Shown: positions 18,395-28,259 of the stretch, piece by piece
Position numbering within the stretch: the first letter of the stretch is position 1
Layout: each line of letters starts with the position of its first letter
Assembly (NCBI GenBank): GCA_038851325.1
Contig: JAWCKZ010000001.1
Span: forward strand, 119,864-183,863
Length of the DNA stretch: 64,000 nucleotides
Origin: Candidatus Bilamarchaeaceae archaeon
GTDB lineage: Archaea; Micrarchaeota; Micrarchaeia; Anstonellales; Bilamarchaeaceae
Reading direction: 5' to 3'
Program-made: the position numbers and the translations under genes
Notes under the pieces: generated by a model
The model's input: only the letters and a program-made list of their open reading frames with translations
Database searches by the model: none
Told to the model about the DNA's origin: nothing

Positions 18395-19595
18395 ATCTTT
18401 TTTTATTAACCAGTATAATCTGTCTGAGCGCGCTCCCCAAAGTTTTTTTCTGCACCCTAACGATGGCAACAGCCCTTCCACCTCGGTTGATTACCCGTTG
18501 ACCCTTGTGCGCTCTACGAAAGTTCTTTACATGTTCGCTCATTTCAATTGGTGGGCCTTTCTTTTCCATCGTTCCACCGACAATTGCTTTTTTTGTCACA
18601 ATTGCTATTTTCACGATATCGTTGGAGTCGGCAAAGATGTCCTTTACATCAAAGTCAGAAAGTTCGGTTCTAAGCGTCCTCATAAACTTCTTCAGTTGAC
18701 CCCAAAGGATATCATCAACAACCTCGGCCCTAGGCATTTCAATGATGCGCACAATGCCATTCCTTCGTCTTACCTTTTCATCAAAGGACTCGGGCTTTTT
18801 AAAGAAAAACACCTCGCGGGGCTTTTTATTAAATTTCTTGCAGAGCGAAATGAATCTCTTCAAATTATCCTCTGAGAGCGCAGCCGCGACGTTTCTGTTT
18901 TTATCAGTAGGGTCGATAACCACAAATCTTGAATTAAACCTTTTAATCAACTCGTCTTTCTTCAGTCCTTTATAATACCCCTTGATATCTATAACCATAG
19001 GAAGTTTCCAGCGAAGGACCGCCTTCAGCAATCTTCTAAAGCTTCCGTATCTAATAATAAGAAGTTCGCAGAGATATCCTGACAGCCCTTCCACGCGTAT
19101 CTCCGCACCATATAACTCGTTTGCCTTTAGGAATTTTTTCAGCAGTCTCACTTCATCTCTTTGGCTTTTTTTCAGATTTCTCAAAATGAATCTCGTATGG
19201 AGAACAGAACGATCAACTGCTGTCAATCGTTCCTTTGCGTTTTTCGTTTTATACGCTGGCACCAGATCAATTCGTCTCGCTCCAAAATGAAATCGTATGT
19301 ATGGATGCTCTGCGTAATTCATTTGGTATGCATACCCTGGAAATGCTTTGCGAAAAATGCTCTCAAGTTCGGTTTTGATTTTTTCTTTGTCAAGTCGCTC
19401 GTCAAATAAAATAAATAGGTCTACGTCACCCTCGCCGGATAGAAATGTTTTCTTCGCAACCGAGCCTACCAAGGCTATTTCCCGCTCTGTAGCTTTCCCC
19501 AAGCGCCGCCTAAGCTCGCGCACTGTTTTTTGAAGAGAGAGCACTTCATCTGGGGAGGGTCGCAGTTTTTTAACGACCTCTTTTAGTATTTTCAT
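18351..19595 (-). CDS. cca: archaeal CCA-adding enzyme
   Basis: GS.AK.T.L..DVD, YAEHPY, AVDRS, YGAE...GLSGY and DPTD..RNVAAA motifs. Confidence 0.95.
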   Translation of the reverse strand: MKILKEVVKKLRPSPDEVLSLQKTVRELRRRLGKATEREIALVGSVAKKTFLSGEGDVDLFILFDERLDKEKIKTELESIFRKAFPGYAYQMNYAEHPYIRFHFGARRIDLVPAYKTKNAKERLTAVDRSVLHTRFILRNLKKSQRDEVRLLKKFLKANELYGAEIRVEGLSGYLCELLIIRYGSFRRLLKAVLRWKLPMVIDIKGYYKGLKKDELIKRFNSRFVVIDPTDKNRNVAAALSEDNLKRFISLCKKFNKKPREVFFFKKPESFDEKVRRRNGIVRIIEMPRAEVVDDILWGQLKKFMRTLRTELSDFDVKDIFADSNDIVKIAIVTKKAIVGGTMEKKGPPIEMSEHVKNFRRAHKGQRVINRGGRAVAIVRVQKKTLGSALRQIILVNKKRFNHLSLAKATVEPK

Positions 19596-19663
19596 TTTTT
19601 CCTCTTTGCCTTCGCTGATTTTTTTGCCTTCTTCTTAGTTGAACCACAGCATGTGCAAGCCAT
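19592..19663 (-). CDS. 23-aa Cys/Lys-rich micropeptide MACTCCGSTKKKAKKSAKAKRKK
   Basis: TATA-like TTAAATAT ~21-28 nt upstream (leaderless spacing); stop overlaps the cca start (ATGA). Confidence 0.6.
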   Translation of the reverse strand: MACTCCGSTKKKAKKSAKAKRKK

Positions 19664-19713
19664 GATGCTATAACAATGGGAAAATATTTAAGCGCTTGCT
19701 GGGAAAAAAGTTT

Positions 19714-21318
19714 ATGGCGGAGGAATTTACAGAAGAAGAAAAAAAAGTGCTGCACCTTTTTGTCAGCAACACGGATAAGAATATTTTTGTATTGAAAAAT
19801 CTTCCAGAGGTTGTAAAGGGCGCGCTTTTCTCACGCTATAGTAGGAGTTCAAAATCTCTTCGCCGCCTCCTTCTCGATGAATTCATCGGAAACAAGGAAC
19901 TTAGTGTAGAAAAACTAATGAACAAACCTGAAGAGGATATAGTTATTACAAAAAAGGCAGAGGAGTTTTATGACCGTGTTCTTGTGGGATTCGGGGATGA
20001 TTCCGTTGCTGAGCTTGCGGGAACGCATCTTGCGCTAGAGAACATATCCATGCTTGCAACAAAAGCCATAGAGGATTGCCGCATAGGCCTATCTCCCCTA
20101 GAAAAATCGACACGATATGTATACTTTGACAAAAAGGTCGATGGCAAATGGCTATACTACGAAGAACCAAGGCTAATGGAGGAATTTCCTGATGATTACA
20201 GAGAAGCATGCAATAGAGCTTTCGAAACATACACTGGACTTATCCAGAAGATATCTAAATATGTAAGTGAGAAGCTGGAACAAGGTCAACTTTCTGACAG
20301 AGCGTACGAAGCGGTTGTACGAGCTAAAACGTGCGACATCCTGCGCGGGCTTCTGCCTGCCTCAACTCTGACAAACATGGGAATATTTGGAAATGGGAGG
20401 GCCTTCGAGTATCTTCTCATAAAACTTTATGCGAGTAATCTTTCAGAACTAAAAATCATTGCTGCCCAAACCGAAAATGAACTCAAGAAAACAATCCCGT
20501 CCTTCGTAAAGCGCGCAAGTGAGAGACACGGTATTGAAATGCAGGAGTACCTAAGAGGACTTACAGAGAACATGATTTCTGTTGCACCAAAAGAAATATC
20601 CACAGAATGCGACTCGGTAAGGCTTGTTGATTATGATAAGGATGCCGAAGTGAAGATCATAGCTGCGATGCTCTACCCACACTCCGCACTTACTCTCGTG
20701 GAATTGGAAGAGCGAGTAAGAAAAATGCCAGAAGCCGAACGAAGAGCGCTGCTTAGTGCCCATTTTAGCAGAAGAACAAACAGGAGGCATAAACCAGCAA
20801 GGGGATTTGAGCGGGTATACTACACATTCGAGGTATGCACGAACTTTGGTGCCTACAGAGATCTTCATAGACACAGGATGCTTACGCAGCAGAGACAATT
20901 GCTGACAACAAAGCTCGGATACGATATCCCTAAAGAGATTGTTGAAGCAGGGCACGAGAGTGAATTCAAAGATGTTATGGAGGTCGCAGCCAACGGGTAT
21001 GAAAGGATTGCAAAAAAACTGCCAGAAGAAGCGCAGTACATCGTGCCGCTCGCATATAGAATCAGATGGCAGATAACAATGAACCTCAGGGAGGCCTTTT
21101 ACCTCTGCGAACTGCGTTCGACAGCACATGGCCATAGGGATTATAGGCACATAGCACAGGAGATTTGCAGAAAAATAAAAAGTGTCCACCCCTTCTTAAC
21201 AGAAGGGATGATGTTTGTTGATATGAAAGAGTACGAATTTGAACGGCTTGAATCAGAGAAGAGAATGGACAAAAAAATCGAAGAAATAAAAAAGAAATAC
21301 GGTAAAGGGAATAATTGA
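19714..21318 (+). CDS. thyX: FAD-dependent thymidylate synthase ThyX-like, duplicated-domain type
   Basis: GDDSVAE, EKSTRY, DLHRHR and NLRE...ELRS motifs. Confidence 0.8.
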   Translation: MAEEFTEEEKKVLHLFVSNTDKNIFVLKNLPEVVKGALFSRYSRSSKSLRRLLLDEFIGNKELSVEKLMNKPEEDIVITKKAEEFYDRVLVGFGDDSVAELAGTHLALENISMLATKAIEDCRIGLSPLEKSTRYVYFDKKVDGKWLYYEEPRLMEEFPDDYREACNRAFETYTGLIQKISKYVSEKLEQGQLSDRAYEAVVRAKTCDILRGLLPASTLTNMGIFGNGRAFEYLLIKLYASNLSELKIIAAQTENELKKTIPSFVKRASERHGIEMQEYLRGLTENMISVAPKEISTECDSVRLVDYDKDAEVKIIAAMLYPHSALTLVELEERVRKMPEAERRALLSAHFSRRTNRRHKPARGFERVYYTFEVCTNFGAYRDLHRHRMLTQQRQLLTTKLGYDIPKEIVEAGHESEFKDVMEVAANGYERIAKKLPEEAQYIVPLAYRIRWQITMNLREAFYLCELRSTAHGHRDYRHIAQEICRKIKSVHPFLTEGMMFVDMKEYEFERLESEKRMDKKIEEIKKKYGKGNN

Positions 21319-22223
21319 TGATATACCTAACTGGTGCTACTGGAAGGTTAGGAAGGTATGTTTACAATGTTTTTCTCTCAAAAAAGACCGAGGTTTTTCC
21401 AATCGTAAGAAAACCCTCTGGTCTGAAGAATGAAATTATCTCAGATTTCTCAGAGGGTTCTCTGAAGGCCATCCTTAAGAATGCAAAGGCAATCATACAT
21501 TTAGCCGGTTCTGTAAAAACGTATGACAAAAAAGAACTTTGGAACACAAACGTAGAGCTCACGCGGGTTATAGTTAATGCTGCACCAAAGAATGCAAAAA
21601 TAATACTGGCAAGTTCTATCTCCGTTTACGGAAAGGAGCTAGCGAAAAAGCCTGCGGATGAGACCACACCAATAAGTCCTGATAGCGACTACGCGCGCTC
21701 CAAATACGAAGCTGAGAAGCTGGTCTCTCAACACCCAAATCATGTGATTCTCAGAATAGGTACGATATATGGCCCATTCGAGGATTACAAAATTATGCTT
21801 CAAAAGATAAAGAGAGAGAGAATGCAAATTATAGGAAATGGCAATAACATTATTCCGTTTGTTCACGTAGAGGACGCCGCCAGTGTGTTTATACCCGCGC
21901 TGAAAAAAACTGGTGTTTATAACATAGTCGGAGAAGCGATAACTCAGAGGGAGGCATACGCTGTGGCTGCAAAAGAGCTTGGTGTAAAGCCACCAACAAA
22001 ACAAGTATCGTTTTTTCTTGCCTATCTCTCAGCATGGTTTGCAGAGAGAGCTGCGCTGCTAACTGGCAGCGAGTGTAAGATAACTACTGAACATATAGCG
22101 ATCTTATATTTTGACAGACCATTCGATTGCAGCAAGGCAAGGCGAGAACTTGGTTTCTTACCAAGGGATCCTGTTAATGGCATAAAGCAGGTTGTGAACG
22201 AGTTACGCCCTTTTATAATTTAG
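21315..22223 (+). CDS. NAD-dependent epimerase/dehydratase
   Basis: TGATGRLG, YARSK and FVHVED motifs. Confidence 0.88.
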   Translation: MMIYLTGATGRLGRYVYNVFLSKKTEVFPIVRKPSGLKNEIISDFSEGSLKAILKNAKAIIHLAGSVKTYDKKELWNTNVELTRVIVNAAPKNAKIILASSISVYGKELAKKPADETTPISPDSDYARSKYEAEKLVSQHPNHVILRIGTIYGPFEDYKIMLQKIKRERMQIIGNGNNIIPFVHVEDAASVFIPALKKTGVYNIVGEAITQREAYAVAAKELGVKPPTKQVSFFLAYLSAWFAERAALLTGSECKITTEHIAILYFDRPFDCSKARRELGFLPRDPVNGIKQVVNELRPFII

Positions 22224-22294
22224 TCTACTGCTACATTTCTGCTACAATTTTTTTTGTAATATACAAATAAATATGTAATTTGAGATACAAAGAT

Positions 22295-22933
22295 ATGCAC
22301 TCTGAAAATGTTAGAAAGGCAGCTGAGCAACTTAAAAACGGCAGTTTTGTGGTAATATACGATGGTGATGAGAGGGAAGGTGAAGCGGATCTAGTTTTCC
22401 ATGCAGCCTTTGCAAGTTATGATAAGATAGAAAAACTTAGAACAGATGCGGGCGGATTGGTCTGCGTTGCGCTTGGGAAGGAGGAAGCGGAGAAACTGAG
22501 GCTACCTTTTTACACAGACGTGCTTAGAAAGGCAGGACTTGCTGGTCTCGCGTGCAGAAAGACGCCATACGGTGATGAGCCTGCGTTCTCGCTCTCAGTG
22601 AACCACAAAGAAACGCGGACTGGGATAACAGACCAAGATAGAGCCTTTACCATCAGGGAATTGACACTTCTGTTAAAAAGTGGAGCGCCTTACGAAAACT
22701 TCGTCAACAACTTTTACTCTCCGGGACATGTTTTTCTCTTAATAAGCAGAGGGTTAGAAGCACGAAGAGGACATACAGAGTTGGCAACAGAACTCGCTGC
22801 TATCGCAGGATTGGTGAAAGCAGTCGTTATCTGCGAAATGCTCTCAACAAAAAGAGCAATGAGAAAAGAAAGCGCAAGAGCGTATGCTGAGAAAAATGGA
22901 TTGGTGTTTGTAGAGGGACGCGAATTTGGGTGA
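22295..22933 (+). CDS. ribB: 3,4-dihydroxy-2-butanone 4-phosphate synthase
   Basis: D...REGEAD, TGITDQDR, PGHV, RRGHTE and ICEM motifs. Confidence 0.93.
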   Translation: MHSENVRKAAEQLKNGSFVVIYDGDEREGEADLVFHAAFASYDKIEKLRTDAGGLVCVALGKEEAEKLRLPFYTDVLRKAGLAGLACRKTPYGDEPAFSLSVNHKETRTGITDQDRAFTIRELTLLLKSGAPYENFVNNFYSPGHVFLLISRGLEARRGHTELATELAAIAGLVKAVVICEMLSTKRAMRKESARAYAEKNGLVFVEGREFG

Positions 22934-23822
22934 TTACGTGAAGGTTGGTATTGTTGACACCATGTTTTCGCGTGTTGATATGGGTGCTATGGCGATTGAT
23001 GAGATAAAGAAAAATTATCCCGACGTCGAGATTGTAAAACGCACTGTACCTGGCGTTAAGGACCTGCCAATCGAATGCAAACGGTTGCTTGACAGTGGTT
23101 GCGATTCCTGCATGGCACTTGGTATGGTGGGTGGAGCGCCCATCGATGTAGTATGCGCGCACGAGGCGTCGCTTGGGATACAGCAAGCGAAACTGCTCAC
23201 TGGAAAGCACATCATCGAGGTTTTTGTCCATGAAAGCGAGGCGTGGAGCGATGAGGAGTTTTACGGTATATGCGAAAACCGCGTGAGAAAGCACGCACAC
23301 AATGCCATCGATATAGTTTTATATCCAGAGAGGCTTGCTAAAAATGCAGGAAAAGGAATCCGTCAGGGAAAGGAGGACGAAGGGCCGCTTTCGCTGGAGA
23401 AAAGAAGAACACGTATGGGTATCGTCGTCTCAACATTCAACAGCGAGATAACCCGGGATATGCTCGAAAGCGCGAGAAAAACTGCTGAAGAACAAGGTGC
23501 TGAAATAGTAACTACCATCTCAGTATACGGCGCATTTGAAATCCCGCTTGCTGCCAAAAAACTTCTTATGGACAAGAAGGTCGACTGCATAGCTGTCCTT
23601 GGTGCAGTCGTAAAAGGCGAAACGGCACACGATGAGGTGATAACAAAAACCGTTGCGAACAGGTTAAGCGGACTTTCACTTGAATTCAGGAAGCCAGTAG
23701 GTTTTGGTATAATTGGCTATAACGCGAACTGGGACGTCGCAACAGAACGCGCGAAAGAGTATGCGACGCGAGCAGTAAAGGCTGCTGTTGAACTCGCAGG
23801 GGCTCTGAGAAGGTATGATTAA
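22926..23822 (+). CDS. fusion of archaeal riboflavin synthase (RibC) and lumazine synthase (RibH)
   Basis: N-half GIVDT.FSR.DM, TVPG.KDLP, IIEVFVHE, G.RQG; C-half FN..IT, V.GAFEIP, GAVVKGETAH, PV.FGI. Confidence 0.88.
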   Translation: MGDYVKVGIVDTMFSRVDMGAMAIDEIKKNYPDVEIVKRTVPGVKDLPIECKRLLDSGCDSCMALGMVGGAPIDVVCAHEASLGIQQAKLLTGKHIIEVFVHESEAWSDEEFYGICENRVRKHAHNAIDIVLYPERLAKNAGKGIRQGKEDEGPLSLEKRRTRMGIVVSTFNSEITRDMLESARKTAEEQGAEIVTTISVYGAFEIPLAAKKLLMDKKVDCIAVLGAVVKGETAHDEVITKTVANRLSGLSLEFRKPVGFGIIGYNANWDVATERAKEYATRAVKAAVELAGALRRYD

Positions 23823-24465
23823 GCATGATGCATGTGCATCACTCATGACACCCTACGGCGAATTCAACATGCATATTTTCAAGGATGGAGTGCAAGAACA
23901 GATTGCACTTGTCATGCCATGGGTAGAAAACGAATCGGTCCTTGTCAGGATACATTCAAAATGTATCACGGGTGAGGTATTCGAATCCCTTCACTGTGAT
24001 TGTCGAGCGCAACTTGAACTGGCAAAAAAGATGATAGGAAAGGAAGGGGGATTGCTTATCTACCTCGACCATGAAGGAAGGGGGATAGGGCTTGGAAACA
24101 AGATAAGAGCGTACGCGTTGCAGCAGGAGCGCGGTTATGATACGGTAGACGCAAATGCTGCGCTGAGCCTACCCGTTGACGCAAGGGATTACTCTGCTGC
24201 CATAGAGATAATCAGGTTTTTTGGGATATCTAAAGTACGCTTGCTGACAAATAATCCAGACAAAATAACCGCTCTTGAGCAAAGTAAGATAGAAGTACAG
24301 CGTGTGCCGCTCGTTGTTCAGCCGAACGAATATAATAGGTTTTATTTGGAAACAAAAGAGCGAAGGATGGGGCATGATCTCGGCCTAACAAAAGAGACTC
24401 TCTCCATAAAACTCAGAAAGCCTGAAGGGAAAAAGGAAGTAATAAGGAAAAAGTTAGTTATATAA
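23815..24465 (+). CDS. ribA: GTP cyclohydrolase II
   Basis: VRIHSKCITG, CDC, EGRGIGL.NK..AY, DTV.AN and LLTNNP.K motifs. Confidence 0.95.
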   Translation: MIKHDACASLMTPYGEFNMHIFKDGVQEQIALVMPWVENESVLVRIHSKCITGEVFESLHCDCRAQLELAKKMIGKEGGLLIYLDHEGRGIGLGNKIRAYALQQERGYDTVDANAALSLPVDARDYSAAIEIIRFFGISKVRLLTNNPDKITALEQSKIEVQRVPLVVQPNEYNRFYLETKERRMGHDLGLTKETLSIKLRKPEGKKEVIRKKLVI

Positions 24466-24847
24466 GAAAGTCTGCAAGAAGTTTTGCAGCTTTTCGTGGT
24501 TTGTCCACTTTTATTGCAACAATGCCTTTTTCTTTCTCGCGCGATATAAACGTCCACTCCCGAAGCGCAATCTTTTTCTCTTCTAATACTTTTTTCAGGT
24601 CCTCTATTGTCCTAAAGTAGTCTGGTAGCGTAAGCACTACTGCGCCCCTCTCGATGACCTCAAAACCGTTTTTGGCAAGTACGCTCTTTGCTTTCTGCCC
24701 ATCCCTAACTGTCAGTGATATAACTGCCTTTCCACCTGCTGCTTTTATCCCTACACCTTCCATTCGTATACCCTCTTTTCCAAGGATGTAAGAGATATCG
24801 GTAAGAAGACCTACCCTCTCATCCGCCACTACCACTACTGATTGCAT
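24458..24847 (-). CDS. ACT-domain protein
   Basis: D.RVGLL.DIS..LG..GI pattern; tandem ACT-like length. Confidence 0.7.
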   Translation of the reverse strand: MQSVVVVADERVGLLTDISYILGKEGIRMEGVGIKAAGGKAVISLTVRDGQKAKSVLAKNGFEVIERGAVVLTLPDYFRTIEDLKKVLEEKKIALREWTFISREKEKGIVAIKVDKPRKAAKLLADFLI

Positions 24848-24863
24848 AGGAAGCACCCTTTAG

Positions 24864-25196
24864 TCATAAGAATCTTTTGATATCCTCCGAAACTGAGTCG
24901 AGCATTTGGAATGCCTGATAGCCATCGAGCGTCCCAACAGAAGCACTCTTCACCTTTATCTTGTTTAGGAGAGCGACCAGCTCTATCTTCTCTTTTGTTG
25001 TCAGAATCGCACCGGAAGCAAGTGCGTACCTTAACTTGAATACTGCAGAGATCGCTTTCTTATGCGTTCTACTAAAATCATTTGCGGTGAGCATTGCGAT
25101 TGTCTCGAGGTCGTTCTTCGCTTTTATAAATTCCTCTCTGCATACGGTGGCATCGCGCTCTTCCTTTCCCAAAAGCGATTTTATAACCCCAAACAT
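24864..25196 (-). CDS. hypothetical helical protein
   Basis: ORF with GGTGG RBS upstream. Confidence 0.6.
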   Translation of the reverse strand: MFGVIKSLLGKEERDATVCREEFIKAKNDLETIAMLTANDFSRTHKKAISAVFKLRYALASGAILTTKEKIELVALLNKIKVKSASVGTLDGYQAFQMLDSVSEDIKRFL

Positions 25197-25245
25197 CGCA
25201 ACCACCCTATTTTATATTTGCAAGGTAGTTTATTTATATTTTTTG

Positions 25246-25334
25246 CTTAAAAATATGTGTAAAATCACATTTATTTTTAAATATTTTGTTTTTATAGTAC
25301 ATAAACGGCTCAGTTAATTGTTATAATTATAACA
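25246..25334. promoter_or_regulatory. two inverted repeats in an AT-rich divergent intergenic region
   Basis: ATGTG-N6-CACAT (25255-25270) with extended arms; perfect 16-bp palindrome TGTTATAATTATAACA (25319-25334). Confidence 0.45.
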
Positions 25335-25454
25335 CATCAGTGCACAAAAAATCACTAAAAGCATGGGCGCACTGCTGGTACTGCCAGGTTTTTAAAAACC
25401 TTTTTGTTGTAATCCCAATAGGCGTGTCCCTAGCCAACCAATGAGGGCCTTACT

Positions 25455-26543
25455 ATGGAGTTTCCAAATATATTTAAAGGAGATTATCGCTTACTTGCAG
25501 TTCCACCGTTGCTTCTACTCATTCTTGCCTTTTTTTTCATACCGCAGATAAAGCTCGGCGTAGATTTCAAGGGAGGGATTCTCGTATCCCTAAATCTTGA
25601 CGAGAAGATAGATGCAGCGACGCTTAAAGAGAGGCTTGAGGCTGCAGGCCTATCAGCAGACACACGGGTATTTGACACTCCTGTAGGTTACAAAGCTGAG
25701 ATTGAGCTTCCTCAGAGTGAAGCTATTCTTAAAGCAGAGAAGTTAAAAAAGGAGTTCGAGAGGCTTTTGCCAGAGGTGACTGCTCTCGAAATAGAATCGC
25801 AGAATGATGAGAACAAGAGAGCAGAGTATGAAAGAAAAATGACGGAAGCATGGGGAGTAGCGGATCAAATGTTTGCCATTGCCGGGGTTAAGCACACAAA
25901 GGATGAGATAAAGAGTGTCAACGAGGTTGACAGGCTCTTCACAGCAGCCTATAAAAAGGTTTACACGGATTATCAAGACTCGATAATAACCATTATAAAG
26001 CGAAATGTTAAGTACTCATCAATTTCCATCCAAACTGTAAGCCCAGCACTTAGCAATCATTTTATAGATACCGCAATTAATGTTGCCATAGCGTCAGCTA
26101 TTCTTAGCGCGCTTTTCGTTTTTATCTTTTTCAGAGCTGCGGCACCGAGTGCAGCAGTCATCATTGGCGCAGCATGCGATGTGATCATAGCGCTAGGCGC
26201 AATGGGCCTATTTGGCATCCCGCTTACACTTCCTTCATTTGCAGCGCTTCTTATGCTTGTAGGATTTTCCCTTGACACTGATATTCTACTAACAATGCGA
26301 ATGCTCAAGAGAGCTGGTGACCCACGAGAGAAGGCTCATGACGCAATGAAGACTGGGTTAACAATGAGCGTGATGGCAATCGTTGCTTTTGCCACTTTAT
26401 TTGTGCTTGCTTATCTGACCCATTTAACAACTTATTATGAGATATCGTCAGTGGCATTAGCAGGACTTTTCGGTGATATGTTTGCAACATGGGGAATAAA
26501 CGCCGTTCTGTTGCTGATGTACATTGAGAAAAAAGGGGGCTAA
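25455..26543 (+). CDS. secF: protein translocase subunit SecF
   Basis: LGVDFKGG, VSPAL and GFSLDTDILLT motifs. Confidence 0.9.
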   Translation: MEFPNIFKGDYRLLAVPPLLLLILAFFFIPQIKLGVDFKGGILVSLNLDEKIDAATLKERLEAAGLSADTRVFDTPVGYKAEIELPQSEAILKAEKLKKEFERLLPEVTALEIESQNDENKRAEYERKMTEAWGVADQMFAIAGVKHTKDEIKSVNEVDRLFTAAYKKVYTDYQDSIITIIKRNVKYSSISIQTVSPALSNHFIDTAINVAIASAILSALFVFIFFRAAAPSAAVIIGAACDVIIALGAMGLFGIPLTLPSFAALLMLVGFSLDTDILLTMRMLKRAGDPREKAHDAMKTGLTMSVMAIVAFATLFVLAYLTHLTTYYEISSVALAGLFGDMFATWGINAVLLLMYIEKKGG

Positions 26544-26544
26544 G

Positions 26545-28236
26545 ATGGAGATACCAAAAGATACGCGAACTATTATAATGACTGTGCTCTTCTTTGCGTT
26601 TGCTGGAGCGATATATCTATGGAAAAGCCTCTCCGGAATGACCCTAATACTAGCACTCATTGTGTTCGGCGCACTCTCTTTATGGTCCAAAGAGAAGCAT
26701 ATAAAGATGATGGGGCTTTTTTTTCTTGTACTTCTGTCCATGCTGAACATCACGATAAATGGGATGAATTTTGGCATAGATTTCAAGGGTGGGACACGGA
26801 TACCGATCCTATTGGAGCATGCAGTTGACGAAAGCACAAAGGGGCAACTTGTGGATGCGATAAAGAAGAGAGTAAGTGTACTCGGGCTCACGGAAGTCAG
26901 AGTAAAGGCGGTAGGGAATACGCAGATAAATGTTGAGATACCGAGTAGCGATGAAGAAAGAATAAGATTCATAGAAGAAGTGCTCTCTCGCCAAGGGGTG
27001 TATCAGGGAATAATAGACGGGAAGATCGCCATAACTGGTGATCATATATTCTCAACATCAATTCGCGCCCAAAGCGCAAATGAACTTAGTAGAAACGCTG
27101 ATTGGGGGGTTTCCTTTTCCGTTGACAGAGAGGGTGCAGAGCAGTTTGCCGCTGCTGCTTACAGAAAAGGGGATTATCCTGTATACATGTACCTTGATAG
27201 ACCAACGGATGCCATGCTCTTTTATACTAGGGAGGAACTCCGCTCTGCAATACCAACTTACTCGAGTGAGCGGGAGTGCCTTCTTGCGTTGAGGAACGCC
27301 CTCAAGCTTGAGAATGGACAGGATATAGAGGTATTCATTCTGGATGAAATAAATTTCACAAATACAACAATAGCACCAAAGAGCAATAAGACGCTTGCCA
27401 TCATCTCAGAGAATACACCGCGTGAATACAAAGATGCCCTTTCACACCTAGGCTTCACACTCAAGGAGCTCCCTCCAGAAAAGATCAAGCCTACCTTTAT
27501 GGAGACACGTACTGGAGAAGTAATAGTTGAAAAGATAGAGGGTATCGGACTTTTATCTGCTCCCCTTCTCTCGCCAAACCTCGCTGAAGGAATACCAAAC
27601 TACAACTTTGCGATAAGCGGAAGCGTGGAGGCCACAGATGCTGCCACAAAAGCAAAGGAGTCAAAGGCACGAACGGAGTATATACAATCTATACTAAAGG
27701 GTGGCTCTCTTCCTGTTGGGATAACGCTTGGTTCGCGAACCACCCTTCCTGCTGCGCTTGGTGAGGAGTTTCTAAAACTCAGTCTCACAGGAATAGCTGC
27801 TGCTCTTGTTGTCATATCTCTTCTTATAGGTATAAGATATATGAACGTAAAGGCAACCCTGCCCATAGTAGCAATAAGTCTGGCTGAACTGCTCATTCTT
27901 CTCTCCATACTCGGCTCTTTCACAATAGACCTCGCAGCGATGGCTGGGATAATAGCTGCGATTGGTGTTGGTGTTGACGCACAGATAGTCATAACTGATG
28001 AACTTCTGAAAAAAGATCAACGCACAATAAATGAGAAGACAGAACATGCATTCTCGATAATAAAAACAAATGTCGTGGTGGCTATCATCTCAATGATTCC
28101 GCTCCTCTTTTCAGGCCTTGTTGAGATTATAGGATTCGCAACATCAACAATCCTCGGCTCCCTTCTCGGTTATCTTCTTTCCAGACCAGCATACGCAGTG
28201 ATAGTTGAGAAAATTCTCGGTGTGAAGGAACAATAA
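26545..28236 (+). CDS. secD: protein translocase subunit SecD
   Basis: FGIDFKGG, L.GGSLPV, ALGEE and GVGVDAQIVITDE motifs. Confidence 0.9.
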   Translation: MEIPKDTRTIIMTVLFFAFAGAIYLWKSLSGMTLILALIVFGALSLWSKEKHIKMMGLFFLVLLSMLNITINGMNFGIDFKGGTRIPILLEHAVDESTKGQLVDAIKKRVSVLGLTEVRVKAVGNTQINVEIPSSDEERIRFIEEVLSRQGVYQGIIDGKIAITGDHIFSTSIRAQSANELSRNADWGVSFSVDREGAEQFAAAAYRKGDYPVYMYLDRPTDAMLFYTREELRSAIPTYSSERECLLALRNALKLENGQDIEVFILDEINFTNTTIAPKSNKTLAIISENTPREYKDALSHLGFTLKELPPEKIKPTFMETRTGEVIVEKIEGIGLLSAPLLSPNLAEGIPNYNFAISGSVEATDAATKAKESKARTEYIQSILKGGSLPVGITLGSRTTLPAALGEEFLKLSLTGIAAALVVISLLIGIRYMNVKATLPIVAISLAELLILLSILGSFTIDLAAMAGIIAAIGVGVDAQIVITDELLKKDQRTINEKTEHAFSIIKTNVVVAIISMIPLLFSGLVEIIGFATSTILGSLLGYLLSRPAYAVIVEKILGVKEQ

Positions 28237-28259
28237 AGGGGTTTTCCTTAAGAATTAAA

